Assembly (NCBI RefSeq): GCF_036321535.1
Contig: NC_087437.1
Span: 115,694,001-115,758,000 of the forward strand
Reading direction: 5' to 3'
Length of the DNA: 64,000 nt
DNA from: Camelus dromedarius
Lineage: Eukaryota
Shown here: positions 50,070 through 63,249 of the stretch, piece by piece
How the letters are laid out: each line of letters opens with the position of its first letter
Position numbering within the stretch: position 1 is the first letter of the stretch
Notes under the pieces: model-generated
The model's database searches: none
What the model was told of the DNA's origin: nothing
The model's input: only the letters and a program-made list of their open reading frames with translations
Program-made: the position numbers and the translations under genes

Positions 50070-50860
50070 ATGCTTCTGGCTTTCAGACCTCCAGCCTGAC
50101 TCTCAAGCCTGATCTCCAGAACCTGACATTCACCTGCCCACTGGGCATCTTCCCTCCGATGGCTCAGTAAATGCCCCTAATGGAGCATGCAACGTGTATG
50201 ATTTTTCCCTCCAAGCCTGCTCCTCCCCCCAGGCTCCTGATTCCAGGCACCAGTACCACCACCCGGACGGAACCCTCTCCTCCCCACAAAATCAACTCCC
50301 TTAACACATCAGGTTGATCCTGCCTCTGAAATATGTCTGGAATCTCCGCTGCTCCCTCCCCTTATTGTCACCACCCTGACCCGTGTCACCCTCATCTCCA
50401 GCGGCATCTCCTCATCTCCTGCCTCCAGCCTTTCCTCTCTTTCCTTTTCCTGCCCCTAGAGTGACCTTGGAACAGAGATCTCATTATATCTGCGTCTGGC
50501 TTAGAGCTTTTCAGTGACTTCCTATCGCTCCTAGAATAAAAGCCCGAATTCTTACAGTCGTCTCTCTGGGTCTCCGCTCCCTGCACTTGACCTCCATCCT
50601 CCTTTCACCTGGCAGGCTTGAGCCCTTCCTCCGGGGCCATATCACCTCCTCCAGGGAGCCCTTCCTGATCCTGGCTCTGAGTTAGGTCTCCCTGTCACTC
50701 TGAATCATCACACCCGCCTGTCCCCTGTGAGACCCTCATTGCAGCTCTTTAGAAAATGCCTGCAGCCCCTGATGGAACATAAACAGGGTCTGTTCTGTTT
50801 TATTTCTGGAACTGTGCCCAGAGTGGGACATGGTCAGTGCCCAGTAAAGATTTGGGGAAA
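50070..50860 (+). mobile_element. L2 LINE fragment
   Basis: Pyrimidine-rich L2 body (tcctgcctctgaaatatgtctggaatc, gcttttcagtgacttcctatcgctcctagaataaaagccc) ending gggacatggtcagtgcccagtaaagatttg. Confidence 0.65.
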
Positions 50861-51817
50861 TTACAAAGTATAACGTGCATTTCTTTCACTGATAACCCCT
50901 ATGATGGCACACATCCAGTTGAAGAGAGAACGCCTTCACCTGGGGAAGACAAAACAGGGGATTAGAGGCTGCATGTGATCAAAGCTGAAATGAGATGCCC
51001 GGGGAGTTTCCAGGTTTAAAGGCCTGAGGGGTTCACTCCGGGTGGGGCCGGCTGGGAGGGCTTCCGAACTAGGATGCCTTCAGCTGGGCCCTGAAGATGG
51101 GGCAGGAGGGTGCTTCAGGTTAGCAGAAGCCATGGGTCTGGAAGTCTCCATCTGTCACTTGCCAACAAGCTCTGGACTGAAGTGTGACCACTGAAAACTG
51201 GACACTTCAAGAAAGGCTCATTTTGGCATCTTGTGGATACCTTTGGTGTCCCAGTGACCCAGGTCTCTAGACTGCCCCTTGCCATAAGTTTGCACCTGGG
51301 CGGTTGTTAAGGGAGCTGACAGTGCAGAGAAGGGTCTCGGTGAAGGCAGCATGGGTTACTCGAGAGAAAGAACATCAACTGATTTGCATTTGATTTGGCC
51401 AAGAATCCAAAGCCTCTAACACCTGTCAAAGCAGCTTTTAGTTCCCTGAACGGAGGTTTGTCTCTGCCTATGAGATGAATGTGTACGACTCTCCACGGTT
51501 TTTAGCACGGGGATGATTTAGGTGTGAGAAGGGAACAGAACTTGTGAACCCCTCCTCTTGACTGTCCTTTAAGTCTACAATTCTGTCCCATCTCTCAGGA
51601 GTGTACAGAAGCTGGACACCTTAACTGAAAATTAAATATAGCTTAGGCGTGGCCTCAATATACAACCCTTTTATTGCCTTTTCATCGTTTATGTTTGCAT
51701 TAATTTTATACCCTAGGAACCACATTTGATCAATTTGCAGAGCGATCCAGTTTCCGTGTTCTTGGGGGACCAGTTTGTATGCTGCCTTATTAATAGCTTG
51801 TCGAAAGGAGATGCTTT

Positions 51818-52045
51818 GAGAAAGACAAGTACCGTATGATCTCACTTGTATGTGGAATTGAAAAAGAAAACAACCCAAGCCACCAGACTCACAGAAAAAG
51901 AGATCAGATGTCTGGTTATCAGAGGTGGGGGAGGGGGAAGGGGAACTGGAGGAAGATGGTCAATGGAAGTCACTATGCTGTACATTTTAAACTTACGCAG
52001 AGCTGTGTGTCAATGATATCTCAACAAAATTGAAGAAAACTAAAA
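51818..52045 (+). mobile_element. L1 3' fragment
   Basis: gaaagacaagtaccgtatgatctcacttgtatgtggaat...tgtgtcaatgatatctcaacaaaa. Confidence 0.75.
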
Positions 52046-53892
52046 GGAAATGTTTTGAGCATATTTTAAATTCTTCTTAGAGTTAATGGCATTCCTGCAG
52101 AACAATGGCCAAACTTCCTGCCCTCCCTCCTCTCCTCAGAACGTTTTCAGCGAGGTTCAGAGGTGCCCTTCCCACGGGGGGAGGGGGGCTGCCCGGCAAG
52201 GGAAGAAGTAACCAGGGTGAGAAATGCTGACTGCAAGAAAACAGGTGCTTTTCTTTTGAAAAAACTGACCCTAAAAAATTTTTTTTAACCAAAAGCAACA
52301 GATTTTTAAAAACAAACAAGACCTTTGCAGATTGACTCACAAATCCAGTGACATTCTTGCGATCTGTTGGAATTTCCTTGTTCTTCCACTAACAGTGAAC
52401 AGTCAGTGAAATTGGGGTGACTTCTATGCACGATTCTGTTAAGGAACCTGCATCCTCTCTTCCAAACTGGATTCTTTCCTGACCTGTTGAAAATGTGGTT
52501 TGGTTTTCAGAGAGTGAGGCAAGCCTTCTGAACAAACCCATCCTCATAAACACGCATCCTACCGTTAAAACCCGCGCCTGCTTTAGTCTGAATCCCATTT
52601 TGAAGTATTGATTTAAAGTATATATCACCCCATCTCTGCATTCTTCATTGCACACCATTTATGGTGAAAAATGCAAAACCAGGTGGGTTTGATGTTTTAA
52701 ATTTGGATTTTTGATGTTACACAAGAATCAATCATTTCAAGCGGATGGAAACTTCGTGTGGTGAAATAAACCACATTATCATTCATCCTTTGGCTCTGAG
52801 TCACCACCAGGTGTCCGCGTTCTAGCCTGACTGGGAGTCGGGCAGTACAGGCCCAACCCATGGGTTTGGATTCACACTTGTAGCTTGTCGTTATCCTGGA
52901 GAGATAACTGTGTTCCAGGAGCTTCAGCGTTTACTTGGCTCTGCCTTTTAAGGGAAGGAGGAACCGAATGACACACTGTGTTCCCCCTCGGGCTAATCTC
53001 TGCCATCTCATCTCACTGTTCCTCCGGGAGGGAGGCCGGTCCGTTCCAGCCGCTGTGCGGGGCGATGCTGAGCGCGTTCTCGTTCTCGAGAGACGGGAAC
53101 AGCAGGTGCCGGGATTCTGGGTCACGGCGGCTCAGCAGTCGGCTCAGACTCGCTGTGACAGCGGTACTTGCACAGCGCGGTGGAGACTGTGTGCATGGGT
53201 CAGACTGAAGGGTGAGGCAGGACTCCTCCTCTGCCCGGGTGGGAGGAAGACAAACCGTGTGTCAGCTGGGATGTCACGTGGGTATCCAGCCCAGTGCAGC
53301 GTCCTTAACACGTCCCTGATCTAGGACACCGTCCATGAAGCACCGGCTGTTGTGTGATCCTTACTGTATCCTCGATGCGCTGCTTTGATTCTTTTATTTT
53401 GGCTCGTTTCCTTGACTCTTGTGAATTTTGGGGTCTTTCTAAGAGTGTCCTATTAAATATGAAGACCTGTCTGAGGGGGTGTGTATGTTGTTAGGGTTGG
53501 AATGGGGAGGGACAGCAGTATTCTGTGGATGTTTCATGGCTTGGTCCTTAGCCGATTTATTAACCATGTCTTTTATTTCCGGAAGTCTGATGCTTTGGCA
53601 TCTGGGGCTTTGCTGGCCCTGATGGGACAGCCCCTCCCAGGGTTAGCCAATCCCTGTACGTAGATAGTAACCCACTTGCCTGTGAGAGTGATTGTCAAAT
53701 ACAGACCAGAACCCACACCCCCAACCACCGCCTTCCCAGGGCTTCCAGGCTCCCGGGCCACTGTTCACCTGCCCTAGTCCCCCCAGAGACAGGGATCAGA
53801 CAACCAGGGCAGCTCCCACGCCCAGAGTCCACTGCAGTCACCCAGACGAGCCAGTCCTCATCCTGCCTCCCCTGCCTCACCCCTCCCTTCTC

Positions 53893-54581
53893 TGGAAACA
53901 CATGAAGGAAATCTCATTTTTCTTTTTAGAAACTAGCCTTCTTTTTTTTTTTTTTCCAATTTTCATTCTGAAGTATATTCAGTTTACAATGTTGTGCCAA
54001 TTTCTGGTGTACAGCATAATGTTTCAGTCATACATATACATACATATATTCCTTTTCATATTCTTTTTCATTATAGGTCACTACAAGATATTGGATATGG
54101 TTCCCTGTGCTCTACAGTAGAAACTTTTTGTTTATCTATTTTACATATAGCAGTTAGTGTTTTCAGACTCCCAGTGTATCCCTTCCCATCCCCTTTTCCC
54201 TTCTGGTAACCATAAGTTTGTTCTCTATGTCTGTGAATCTGTTTCTGTTTTGTAAATAAATTCATTTGTGTCTTTATGTATTTATTTATTTTTAGTTAAG
54301 GAAATCTCATTTAAAAAGGAACAGGAAAGCTCTGAAGTTTACAGACCCAGCAGGAAGAAAGATTTCCTTCTGACCCCATGACACAAGCCGCCCGCCACCT
54401 GCAGCCAACAACAGACCCCCACAGTGCTCCCCAGTTTTCCTCTTTCAAGCCCCTCCTCTGTTCTCGGGACTTGCCTGTGGGTCACCATAGTTTGCTTGTC
54501 CTGAATTGCAATTCTCTGTTCCTGAATAAACTCATTTTGCTGGCGAAATAAATAGACTTTTTTTTTTTTTAAAGGTCAACA
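53893..54581 (+). mobile_element. Second ERV LTR nested in the MER74-like element
   Basis: TG start near 53893, cctgaattgcaattctctgttcctgAATAAActc, ending aaggtcaaCA at 54581; interrupts otherwise colinear MER74-like sequence. Confidence 0.65.
53920..54297 (-). mobile_element. 5'-truncated young L1 with perfect 15-bp target-site duplication
   Basis: AAGGAAATCTCATTT at 53905-53919 and 54298-54312; L1 3'UTR homologous to the 8830 and 43545 copies. Confidence 0.92.
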
Positions 54582-54792
54582 CTCCCCACGAAAATCACAA
54601 TAAGAGCTTTTGCCGTAGTTTCCCCCTCCCTCTGTCTCCTAGTCAGTCCGGTGCTTCCCATGTCCCCCCACCCCCATGGCGTGGCGTGTCCCCTCCTCCT
54701 GGGATCTGTAACAAATCGTCTTTGCAATGGCAACTGTGTCCTGATCTATTGGCCTCACTGAGCCTCGACTCTTCTATTGACACATTCTATTT

Positions 54793-55084
54793 AATTTATT
54801 TGTTTATCGTTTTTTAAACTGAAGTATAGTTGCGGTACGCTATTACATAAGTTTCAGGTGCACAGTATAGTGATTCACAATGTTTAAAGGTTATACTCCA
54901 CTTATAGTTGTTATAAAACGTCAGCTCTATTCCCTGTGTTGTATAGTCTATCCTTGTAGCTTCTTTTACACCTAACAGTTCGTACCTCTGACTCCCTTAC
55001 CTGTAGCTTGCCCCTCCCCCTTCCGCCTCCCCACTGGTCACCACTAGTTTGTTCTCTACATCTGCGAGTTGCCTTCTTTTTTTG
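54793..55084 (-). mobile_element. L1 3'UTR fragment
   Basis: Homologous to 13765-14047; flanked by gacacattctattt (54779-54792) and gatacactctattt (55085-55098), 12/14 identical. Confidence 0.85.
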
Positions 55085-58000
55085 GATACACTCTATTTTA
55101 AAACAGCGCGCACCTGGTGGAACTAGAGGGCGGGTCCGAGGCTTGGTTTACAAAGATGGAGCACGAGGAAGTAACAGCATCGCTAACAGTGATTGTGTTT
55201 CCCTGAACCTCCACCTGGGACACGTGGTCTGAGCCAGCGCGGGGTGTCAGGTGTCACGCGTGTTATCTGTGCTGTTCTGAGGCTGCCAGGAGGGAGCTGG
55301 GCGGCTGCGGCCACAGAGGCACAGAGGCCTGCAGTTCCCGGGGCGGTGTCGGGAACTTGTGGGGGTGGCAGCTTGGAGCGCCCCCTCTGCCTTTCTCAAA
55401 TCCTTTCACAAGAATTAAAGTGCTCCTCAAAGCAGCAGGGACTTGGGGCTCAAGGCTGGGAAGGGACTTAGGGGGGAGGAGGCTCTGCCTGCGAGGGTGG
55501 AGGCTGGAATGGTGAGGCCAGGCTGCTGTGTCTGTAGAGTTTGGGGCCGTAGTCTTGCAAGTAGTGGGTGTTCGTTGCTCAAGCCTCCGTGAGCTGCCAC
55601 CTGCTTGCCGAGCACTTACAATGGTCCTCAGGGGAGCAGTGGGGGACACCGCCCAGCCTTTCCTCTGGGGAATGCGAGGGCCCACATCATGAGCATCAAC
55701 TTGGAGAACTGGTCCACGGCCTCGGGGAGCGTCATCTGGCTAATATTTAGACTGGGGGATGAAAACCAGAAGAGTTTATTTTCCTTTCTGGATAATCAAA
55801 CTTCCTTCTCTCAGCGTTTTCTCCTAACCATCCTGTCCGTGGGCACGTGTTTACAACGGCTGCTCTCAGTGCAGAGGGTCTCCATATTGTGCTGCTTCCC
55901 GGAGCACGGATGTGATGGGGCCTTCCCCGGCCCGACAACAGGATGAAAACCATCCTCCTTCCCTGTTTCTCGTTATTTCCCAGAGTCTCATTTCTACAGT
56001 CACATCACACTGGATTCATTACTTTGGATTTTTAAAGTTATTATTTTAAAGAACTGGAAATATTAAAATCACTGCATTTCTCCTTTCCCTCCCTTTGACT
56101 TCTGTTTCATTTCTGCAACAGAAATGTCCTTGAGCTGTGGGGGAAGAGGCCCGAGAAGTCTGGACCCACGGAATCCTAGTACTTGGATTTCTAAGAGGAA
56201 GACGTGATGCCCTTTCTCTTCTGGCAATGCCTCCGATTTCCACTTAGTGTTCAGTGTGGTTCCATAGACTTGGAATTCATTACAAGTGTGTAACTTTTCA
56301 ATAGAAGTTAGTAAGGAGTATCGAGTGGGAAACTGAAGGAGACGTAGAGAGGAATTCTTTGTAAGTTGCAAAAGCCCTCCACGACAAAACCATGATGATA
56401 TCAGTTGGAAACTAGGGCCTCCGTGGCGGGAGGCAGTGGGGATGACAGCGGTCCATGGCCAGAGGCTGTCTGTCTGCAGAGATGCAGCCGTGAGCTCCTG
56501 ATCGCCTTCGGTGGGCTGCCGCTTCCTGACATTTCTGAAGGGGCTGTTTCCAAACGAACCAGCCTGGGTTCTGATTTAGCCACATTTACTTCTCATATGT
56601 TTATTCCACATCACTGAATAGAAGGTGACTGAATGGCATGAACTTGATTCAGTGAACATCTTCTATGTGCGTTAGGTAGGCGCCCCTCCCAAGGGCTTCA
56701 TGGGCGGTACAGCCCTGCTTCCCGCGGATGGCCTTGGTGGCTTTGTGTCCCTCATAGTCTTTTTGGTGGAGAGGGGCTGGGGGAATGTTTCTCAGTTCAT
56801 TGGAGGCCCTGTGTTTCACTTGATAACTCACAGCACTTCCAAAGGACTACTTTGCTGTGAAAATACCGATAAGGAGTGTAAACCAATGTGTGTGAAAGTA
56901 ATAAATTATGACACGATCTGCATTAATCAGAAAATGTATAGTGGCAGGCCAACTTTGAAAAACACTAAAATGCTTGCATAGAAGGGTGTCAGCTGGAAGT
57001 GTTAAGCCTGGGAAGGGCGTGGAGACAATGCCAAGAAGAAAAGCACCCTTAGTGACTAGTACCGTTCAAGGCCAAAGCCCAGAGCACGGAGGACTGAGCT
57101 GGGGTCCCACACATCCCAGCTCAGTTTCTGTTGATACCTTAGCTATCTGCGTATCTGCCTCACTTTCCCCTTCCCTATTCAACAGTAAGCTTTCTCCCTC
57201 ACACAGTGTTTACCCAGTGCCTTGCAAATAGCAGGTGCTCAATAAATCAATGGATGGATGGAAAAATGGGAAAGAACAAGATGAGACAGATAATCAAACA
57301 ATGGGCCTCCAAGGTCTGGAGTGGAGGTGAGTCTGCGCCTGGGTCCATGGGATTCAGGCAGAGAGTGTGGGAGGGGAGTCAATAGGAGATGCAACTGGGG
57401 GGGTCCTTCTGCCTGGAAGGTACTCACCCCAAGCCGGGATCCCAGCAGCGGTGCACAGAGGGTGGTCCATCCTCTCCAAGCTCTGGGGACCCCTCCTGCC
57501 CGCAGGGTGCACCACACCCTCCAGCAGCATCTCATTAGGTGCATTTGCTTTTGCAGGGATGTTCCCAACTCTTGGCAGGATGGTTTGAATCTACTGAGAG
57601 TCTCCGTAGTTTGACAGCTCTGCCTTTCTGCTCTCGCCCTCTCATTTCCAGCTCTGCTTTCTAATGAGGAGCAGAGTAGACTTGTGATTGCGTTACTTTC
57701 CACTTGACCATTTTATAGTATCTTTCCTTGGTTACATATTTATAGCAAAGCCTTCAACTTTTTTTTTAGTTAAATGTTTAATTGACTCTGAACTGTTCAT
57801 GCACTATTCCATAGTGGCAGTCCTTCAAATATGATTTTAAGATTTTTATTAACAACCTGACCTGGGAGCTCCCTCTACCTCACTGACTCAGCAATCTGAT
57901 AAGAAGTCTGTATTTCACAAAGTGACAGTGTCACTCTAATAGGAAGAAATGGAAGAGATGCTTGCTGGGTCAGGGAGAAAACCCAGTAGATTGGTTTCCA

Positions 58001-58409
58001 TCTCTCTCTGTCTAGGTGCCTGGAGACTAGCTCTGTCCTGGACTCTTAGAAGGACTGAATATCCTCAGATGACTAGGTAAAGCACACAGAATATTGCTAA
58101 GATTGGTGGCATAGGATGAGAGTCTGTCTATTTATCTCTTTTTGGATTTGACAAAGAAAAGCATGTCCTCAATTGTGGAAATAACCAAGGAACTCTCATT
58201 CCAGCTCTTAAAACAATCTGCCCGGCGTGTCTGCATTCTAGAAAAGCAGAGCAGTGAGGCACGGCTTGGACGCTGTCTGACCCCATGCTAGGCCGGCTTG
58301 GAATGTCTGGGGCCAGCTCTCTTCTGCCCTCTCTGAGCCATCTGCCCCCACGAGGTGGGTCTGGGCAGGGAGGCGACGGCTGAGAGCCGTTGCTGGGAGT
58401 ACGCTGCCC

Positions 58410-58580
58410 TTGTCTGCCTCTCACTTGCTGTGTGACTTGGGGCAAGTCACTTCATCTCTCTGAGCCTCAGTTTCCTTATCTGTACAAGAGGAGTAAGAAC
58501 ACCTCCCAGGCTGCTGTGAGGTGCACCACACAAGTGTGCAGTGAATTGTGCCTGACCCATCACAGGCTCGCAGTAAAGGG
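58410..58580 (+). mobile_element. MIR SINE
   Basis: ctgtgtgacttggggcaagtcacttcatctctctgagcctcagtttccttatctgta, the MIR core. Confidence 0.85.
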
Positions 58581-59082
58581 AGGCAGCCTCCTCCCTTCTG
58601 GAATATTCTTTCTCCTGCTCTGCCTGTCAGAGTCCAATCTAACGCCACGAGGAGGGCTCTCTGAGCATCCAGGCTAGCGTTAGCCGCAGGAATTCTGAGT
58701 CATTTGTTGTCTGTATCACTCACTTGGGTCTTGTCATATTCAGTTGTTTTTCGCCTGACTATTTTTTAAGGGTTTTATTTATTACTATTATAAAAAAAAA
58801 TGAATGTGAGTTTTATTTCCTCAACTAGGCAGCAAGTCTCTGGAGCTTAGTAAATATCACTCTGTACCCCCACCCTCGCCCCTGAATCAGGTAACCTGAA
58901 TAGGATTTTGTATCTTTTGCAAATCGTAGGCTCAATAAATATTTGATAATATCTAGACAACATCTCAAAAGTGGGACACTTAATTCTAGTGGCACTACAC
59001 AAATCTTTTGTTGTTTATTTGTTTATTTATTGGGAACTCACTCCCACTGCTGGCCCAGATCAGGTGCTATATATATATAAAG

Positions 59083-61330
59083 CATTCAGTAATCCAGCAA
59101 GTCTGAGTGCCTATTATGTGAGTCAGGTACTGTGGTAATTATGGGACATACTAATGAATAAAACCAGGCACAATCCTGCCTTCTTGAAACTTGTGGGGCA
59201 CAAGTTTGGACACAAACATTGATCGGTGTATATAAGTTGTAATGAGTTTTATGCAAGGAAGGTGTAGAAGGATATGGACATATAAAAGGGTGGGGGACTT
59301 GGGGTAAGTTGGTAAGCAGAGGAGGCTTTCTTGGTGTTAGAATGATCCTTGTCCAGTGAAGGGAAGTGGGGAGAGAAAGGAGTTGTTGGGCAGGGTGGGC
59401 AAAGACCCTGTGGTGGGAGAGTGGTGGGGTGGCTATGGTGGGAGATGAGGCTGCAGAGGGGAGCAGGGCCACACATGTGGGCTTGCGGGTCATGCCCATA
59501 AATCAGCATTTCCTCTGAGAGCAATAGGGGTCATTGGGAGAGTTTTAAGGAGGCGCCAGAGAGGACCTGATCTATGCTTTGGAAAGGGCTGCAGTCTGGA
59601 CAGGGGGCTGGAGGGCACAGGGAGAGCCTTCCAGATGGTCTGGACAAGAGATGGATGGTGGCAGGCCGAGTGGAATGGCCACAGAGAGGGAGAGAGCGGA
59701 TGGACTCAAGGGATGGGAGTTGACATAGGCCGAACTTGAAGCTGGATTAGAGATGGGGGTGGTACCAGATGTCTCCTAGGTTTCTGGATTGAGCAGCTAG
59801 ATGGACAGTGGGGTGATGCACTGACATGTGGAATCCAGGGAGAGGCCCGGATTTAGGGAGTGTTTGTGAGTTGAGTTTGGATATGTTGAGTTATGGTGCC
59901 TTTGAAGCCCAAGCCCTAAGAAAAGCTTTCACATAGGCTGTTGGATAAAGCATCCTGGAACTCCAAGGACATGTCTGGGTTAGGGGAAACGTAGGAGTCA
60001 CTGGTGTAGGGTAACTGAAGTTGTGAGTGGGAATGAGAATTGGAGACAGAATAAGATGAGGGAGAAGAGGCTTTGACTGAAACTTGGGGAACTCTGACAT
60101 TTCACGGATAGTTACAGGATTTTGAGCTTGAACAAGAGCCAAAGAGATGGACAGACGCGAAGAAAACCAATGAAGGTTAGATGCCATCGGAGCCCAGGAA
60201 AGAGAGCAGTTCCAGAAGGAAAGTGTGGGCAACACTGAAAACTGCTGAAAGGACAAATAAAATGAAGACTGGAACTGGCTTTTACTGGATTTAGAGACTA
60301 GAGGTCATTGAGGAGATGTGTCCGCCGAGCAGTGGGGTCAGACACGGACGGGAGGTGTGAGTGGCAAAGAGAAGAGAGAGGAGGAGAATACAGACCACTC
60401 TTAATTTGTTTGTAGCGGGAGCAGAGAAGGTTTTGTTTTGCTCTGTTTGGTTTTAATAAAAGGGACTTGAGCACTATGACACAAAGGCAAAGGATTCACA
60501 GGCAAGGGAGAGGCTGAATATTCAGGAAAAAGAGGGTGTTACCAATAGAGTTTTTGGGTGAATGGCTGTCTTTGTTCGCCCAGGTCAGAAGGGTATCCTG
60601 GAAGCCAGGACTTTCAGTGCAAAACCCAGAGTAGTCTTGGGTGCACTAGGATGGTTGGTCACCCCAAGTTTTAGAGAAGGAGAGAGGGGATGAGATCCAA
60701 AGCATAGGAGCAGGAACTGACATCACAGGAGGAGGGGCACCTTCTCTGTTGCAATGAGAAGAAAGGAAAGGATAAACTGAGACAGAGGGAGGTTCATAGG
60801 CTTGTTTAGGGGAGACCGAGAAATGCTCATCTGATGTTTCCAATTTCTTTTATGAAGTAAGGGATACGATTATTTGCTGAGGGAATATGAATGGAGCAAG
60901 TTTGAAATGTTCCTCAAGGAGCTTGGGAGAGCAAGTTGACCAGAGAAATGCAGTGGTATTACTGGCTGGTGGTGAAGGGTCTTCTGAGGTTGGGTGCCAT
61001 GAATTTATAATGATGCCCATTTGCCCACTGTGTGTGGGGGAATCATCCAGCAGAGATCAGCTGCTCCAGGGTAGCTCAGGGAAGGTGGATGGTTGGCTTC
61101 CTCCAAGGCTGACATTTTTCCAGGTGGTGCAACATTAATTGCAAGAAAACGGAAGAGTGAAAGGGAAAATTTAATGGCTGCCAAGAATTTTGTTGAAATG
61201 GTGGGCCATGGAACTTAGGCTGGATAAAGAAAGAAGTGAAGACCTTAGGCTGGAGAAAGGAAGATATGATAAGCGGTTTGGAGTAAAATCAATGGGTTGG
61301 TAAGGTTGGAGGTAAGGTTGAGAGGTGACA
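59083..61330 (-). mobile_element. Long L2 LINE fragment
   Basis: cattcagtaatccagcaagtctgagtgcctattatgtgagtcaggtactgtg then typical L2 body (tgagttgagtttggatatgttgag); right boundary approximate. Confidence 0.7.
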
Positions 61331-61626
61331 GGGTGGAGGCTGTGGTTGGGATGGAGCTGTGAACTCATCACCATCGATGCCAGAGGCCACAGGGTGTGAG
61401 GGTGGGAGGGTGTTGGCTGGGCTGCCCCAGCAGGCTGGGGTCTGTAAGCACACATTGTCCCCAGGGGGTGTTACGACAGAGGAAGGGAAGGATGAAAATA
61501 CTCAAGGGGGCAGTAGGGTGAGTGATTGATAGCGGAGGCAAGCTTCTGCAAAAAAATAAAGCAGATGCATGTAAATGCTTTAGGGAAACTACTGTTATCA
61601 ACTGGTCTTTAATTCCAGGATGAATG

Positions 61627-62058
61627 GTATTATGGGTTGATTTGCATCCACTTAAAATTCATACATTGAAGCCCTAACTCCCAGTGTCTTAGCATGTGAC
61701 CTTGTTTGGGAACAGGGTCACTGCAGATGCAATTAGTCAAGTTGAAATGTGGTCATTGGGTGGCCCTAATCCAACAGGACCGGTGTCCTTAAAATGCGGG
61801 AAATTAGGACACACACAGACCATCATGTGAAAAAGAAGACAGCGGTCAGAGTGATACATCTATAAGCCAAGGGATGCCAAAGACAGCCAGAAACCACCGG
61901 AAATTAGGAGAAAGGCCAGGAACAGGTCCTTCTTCACAGCCCCTAGATGGAGATGGCTCTGCCAACATCTTGATCTTGGCCTTTGGCACCAGAACGGTGA
62001 GACCAGCTTTCTGTTGTTTAAGCCGCCCAGTGTGCGAGGCTCTGTAACGGCAGGATAT
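61627..62058 (+). mobile_element. MaLR solo LTR (MLT1-like)
   Basis: tattatgggttgatttgcatcc...ccctaatccaacaggaccggtgtcctt...aagccaagggatgccaaag...ttctgttgtttaagccgcccagt. Confidence 0.85.
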
Positions 62059-62646
62059 GCGTCCACCTGGGACGGTGGGACTTCAGTCAGTATTTGATAG
62101 GCTGTCCTCTTTCACAGTTTCTCCCCTAGTCCGCCCCCAGTTCTGGTGTCATTCTAATTTGGTCCTCTGAGCAGAAGTATTCCTTTAACGACCTTGCCCT
62201 TCTTACCCTCCTAGGTAATATTTCTCATTTTTAACAGGCTACCTCGGGTAAGAGTATATAACCCGCTTTAGAGACCAAAGTACTTTCCACAGAAAGTTAG
62301 GGACGCGTAGCCTCGGTGAGAACAACTCCTGGAGAACGCAGGTAAGATGGCCCCATGCCAGGGAGGACGGTCCTCAAAGTGTGAAGTCGACCCACTCCAG
62401 CACAGACCCTACCGCGGTGGCTCTCAGAGCTCACGGGAGCGGCGGGAGAGGGCCTTAGCCCTTCTCCACTGAACCTGAACCTGGGAGGTGTGGGAGCGGC
62501 TGGCCCGCGGAGGCAACACCCAGGAAGTGCAGCTGAGAGACGGAGGCAGGCAAGGTCCCCCCACGACATCGTGTGAGCTCTTGGGTCCAACTGTATCTTA
62601 GCTTGTCCCGCCTGGGCTTGTGACACTTGTCTTTGTGCTCCAGCTC

Positions 62647-62800
62647 GTGTGTGTGTGTGTGTATGCGTGTGTGAGAGAGAGAGAGGGATTGAGTGTGTGA
62701 GTGTGCATGTGACAATGTGTGTGGGAGACAGTGTGTGCGTGAGTGTGAGGGAAGTATGTCTGAGCGTGGATGAGCGTGTGGGTGTGCGTTACGCGTGTTA
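62647..62800. repeat. Degenerate (GT)n/(GA)n low-complexity tract
   Basis: Directly visible. Confidence 0.85.
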
Positions 62801-63249
62801 CTGACAGTGAGGAGGCTAACTGACACCCAGGGCTTGGAGGTGAGCCCCTGAGCTCCCAGACCAACAGCCTCCACAGCGGTAGCCAGGTTACTCTCTGAAG
62901 TAGTTCCGCTTTCCAAGATGACACCTCTGAACGTGACGTGCAAATCAAAGCTGCTGTTATTTACAAAGGAGTGGAATGAACTCACTGGATGTTCTTTACA
63001 AGAATTTCAACAGACTCTTTATTCCAAGGAAGAATTAATTCTGGATTTCATGTACATCTCTATGCAGGCCGTGCAGTGTAGACGATGTGTGGTGTGTGAG
63101 AGAGAGGATGGACATGGTGGGGGAGGATGAACAAGAGGAATGACGGGAAAATTCTTTGCAAAGTTAAAACTCTCATTTTATGAAGTGATAGGAAGTGATC
63201 TCCCTTTACTGTTCAGTTGATTCTTGGCCTTAATGCAAGGCCTTCCCTT

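Larger units (their letters stand above)
53556..55105 (+). mobile_element. MER74-like (ERVL) LTR, split by three younger insertions
   Basis: Pieces at about 53556-53892 (tattaaccatg...ctttggcatctggggc...cccctcccagggttagccaat), 54582-54792 (cacaataagagc...ggcgtggcgtgtcccctcctc...caatggcaactg) and 55085-55105 (ctattttaaaaca). Confidence 0.75.

Noticed and set aside
52930..53380. Locally CpG-rich patch as an internal promoter
   Set aside because: Short and only moderately CpG-rich, with no supporting promoter or exon structure.
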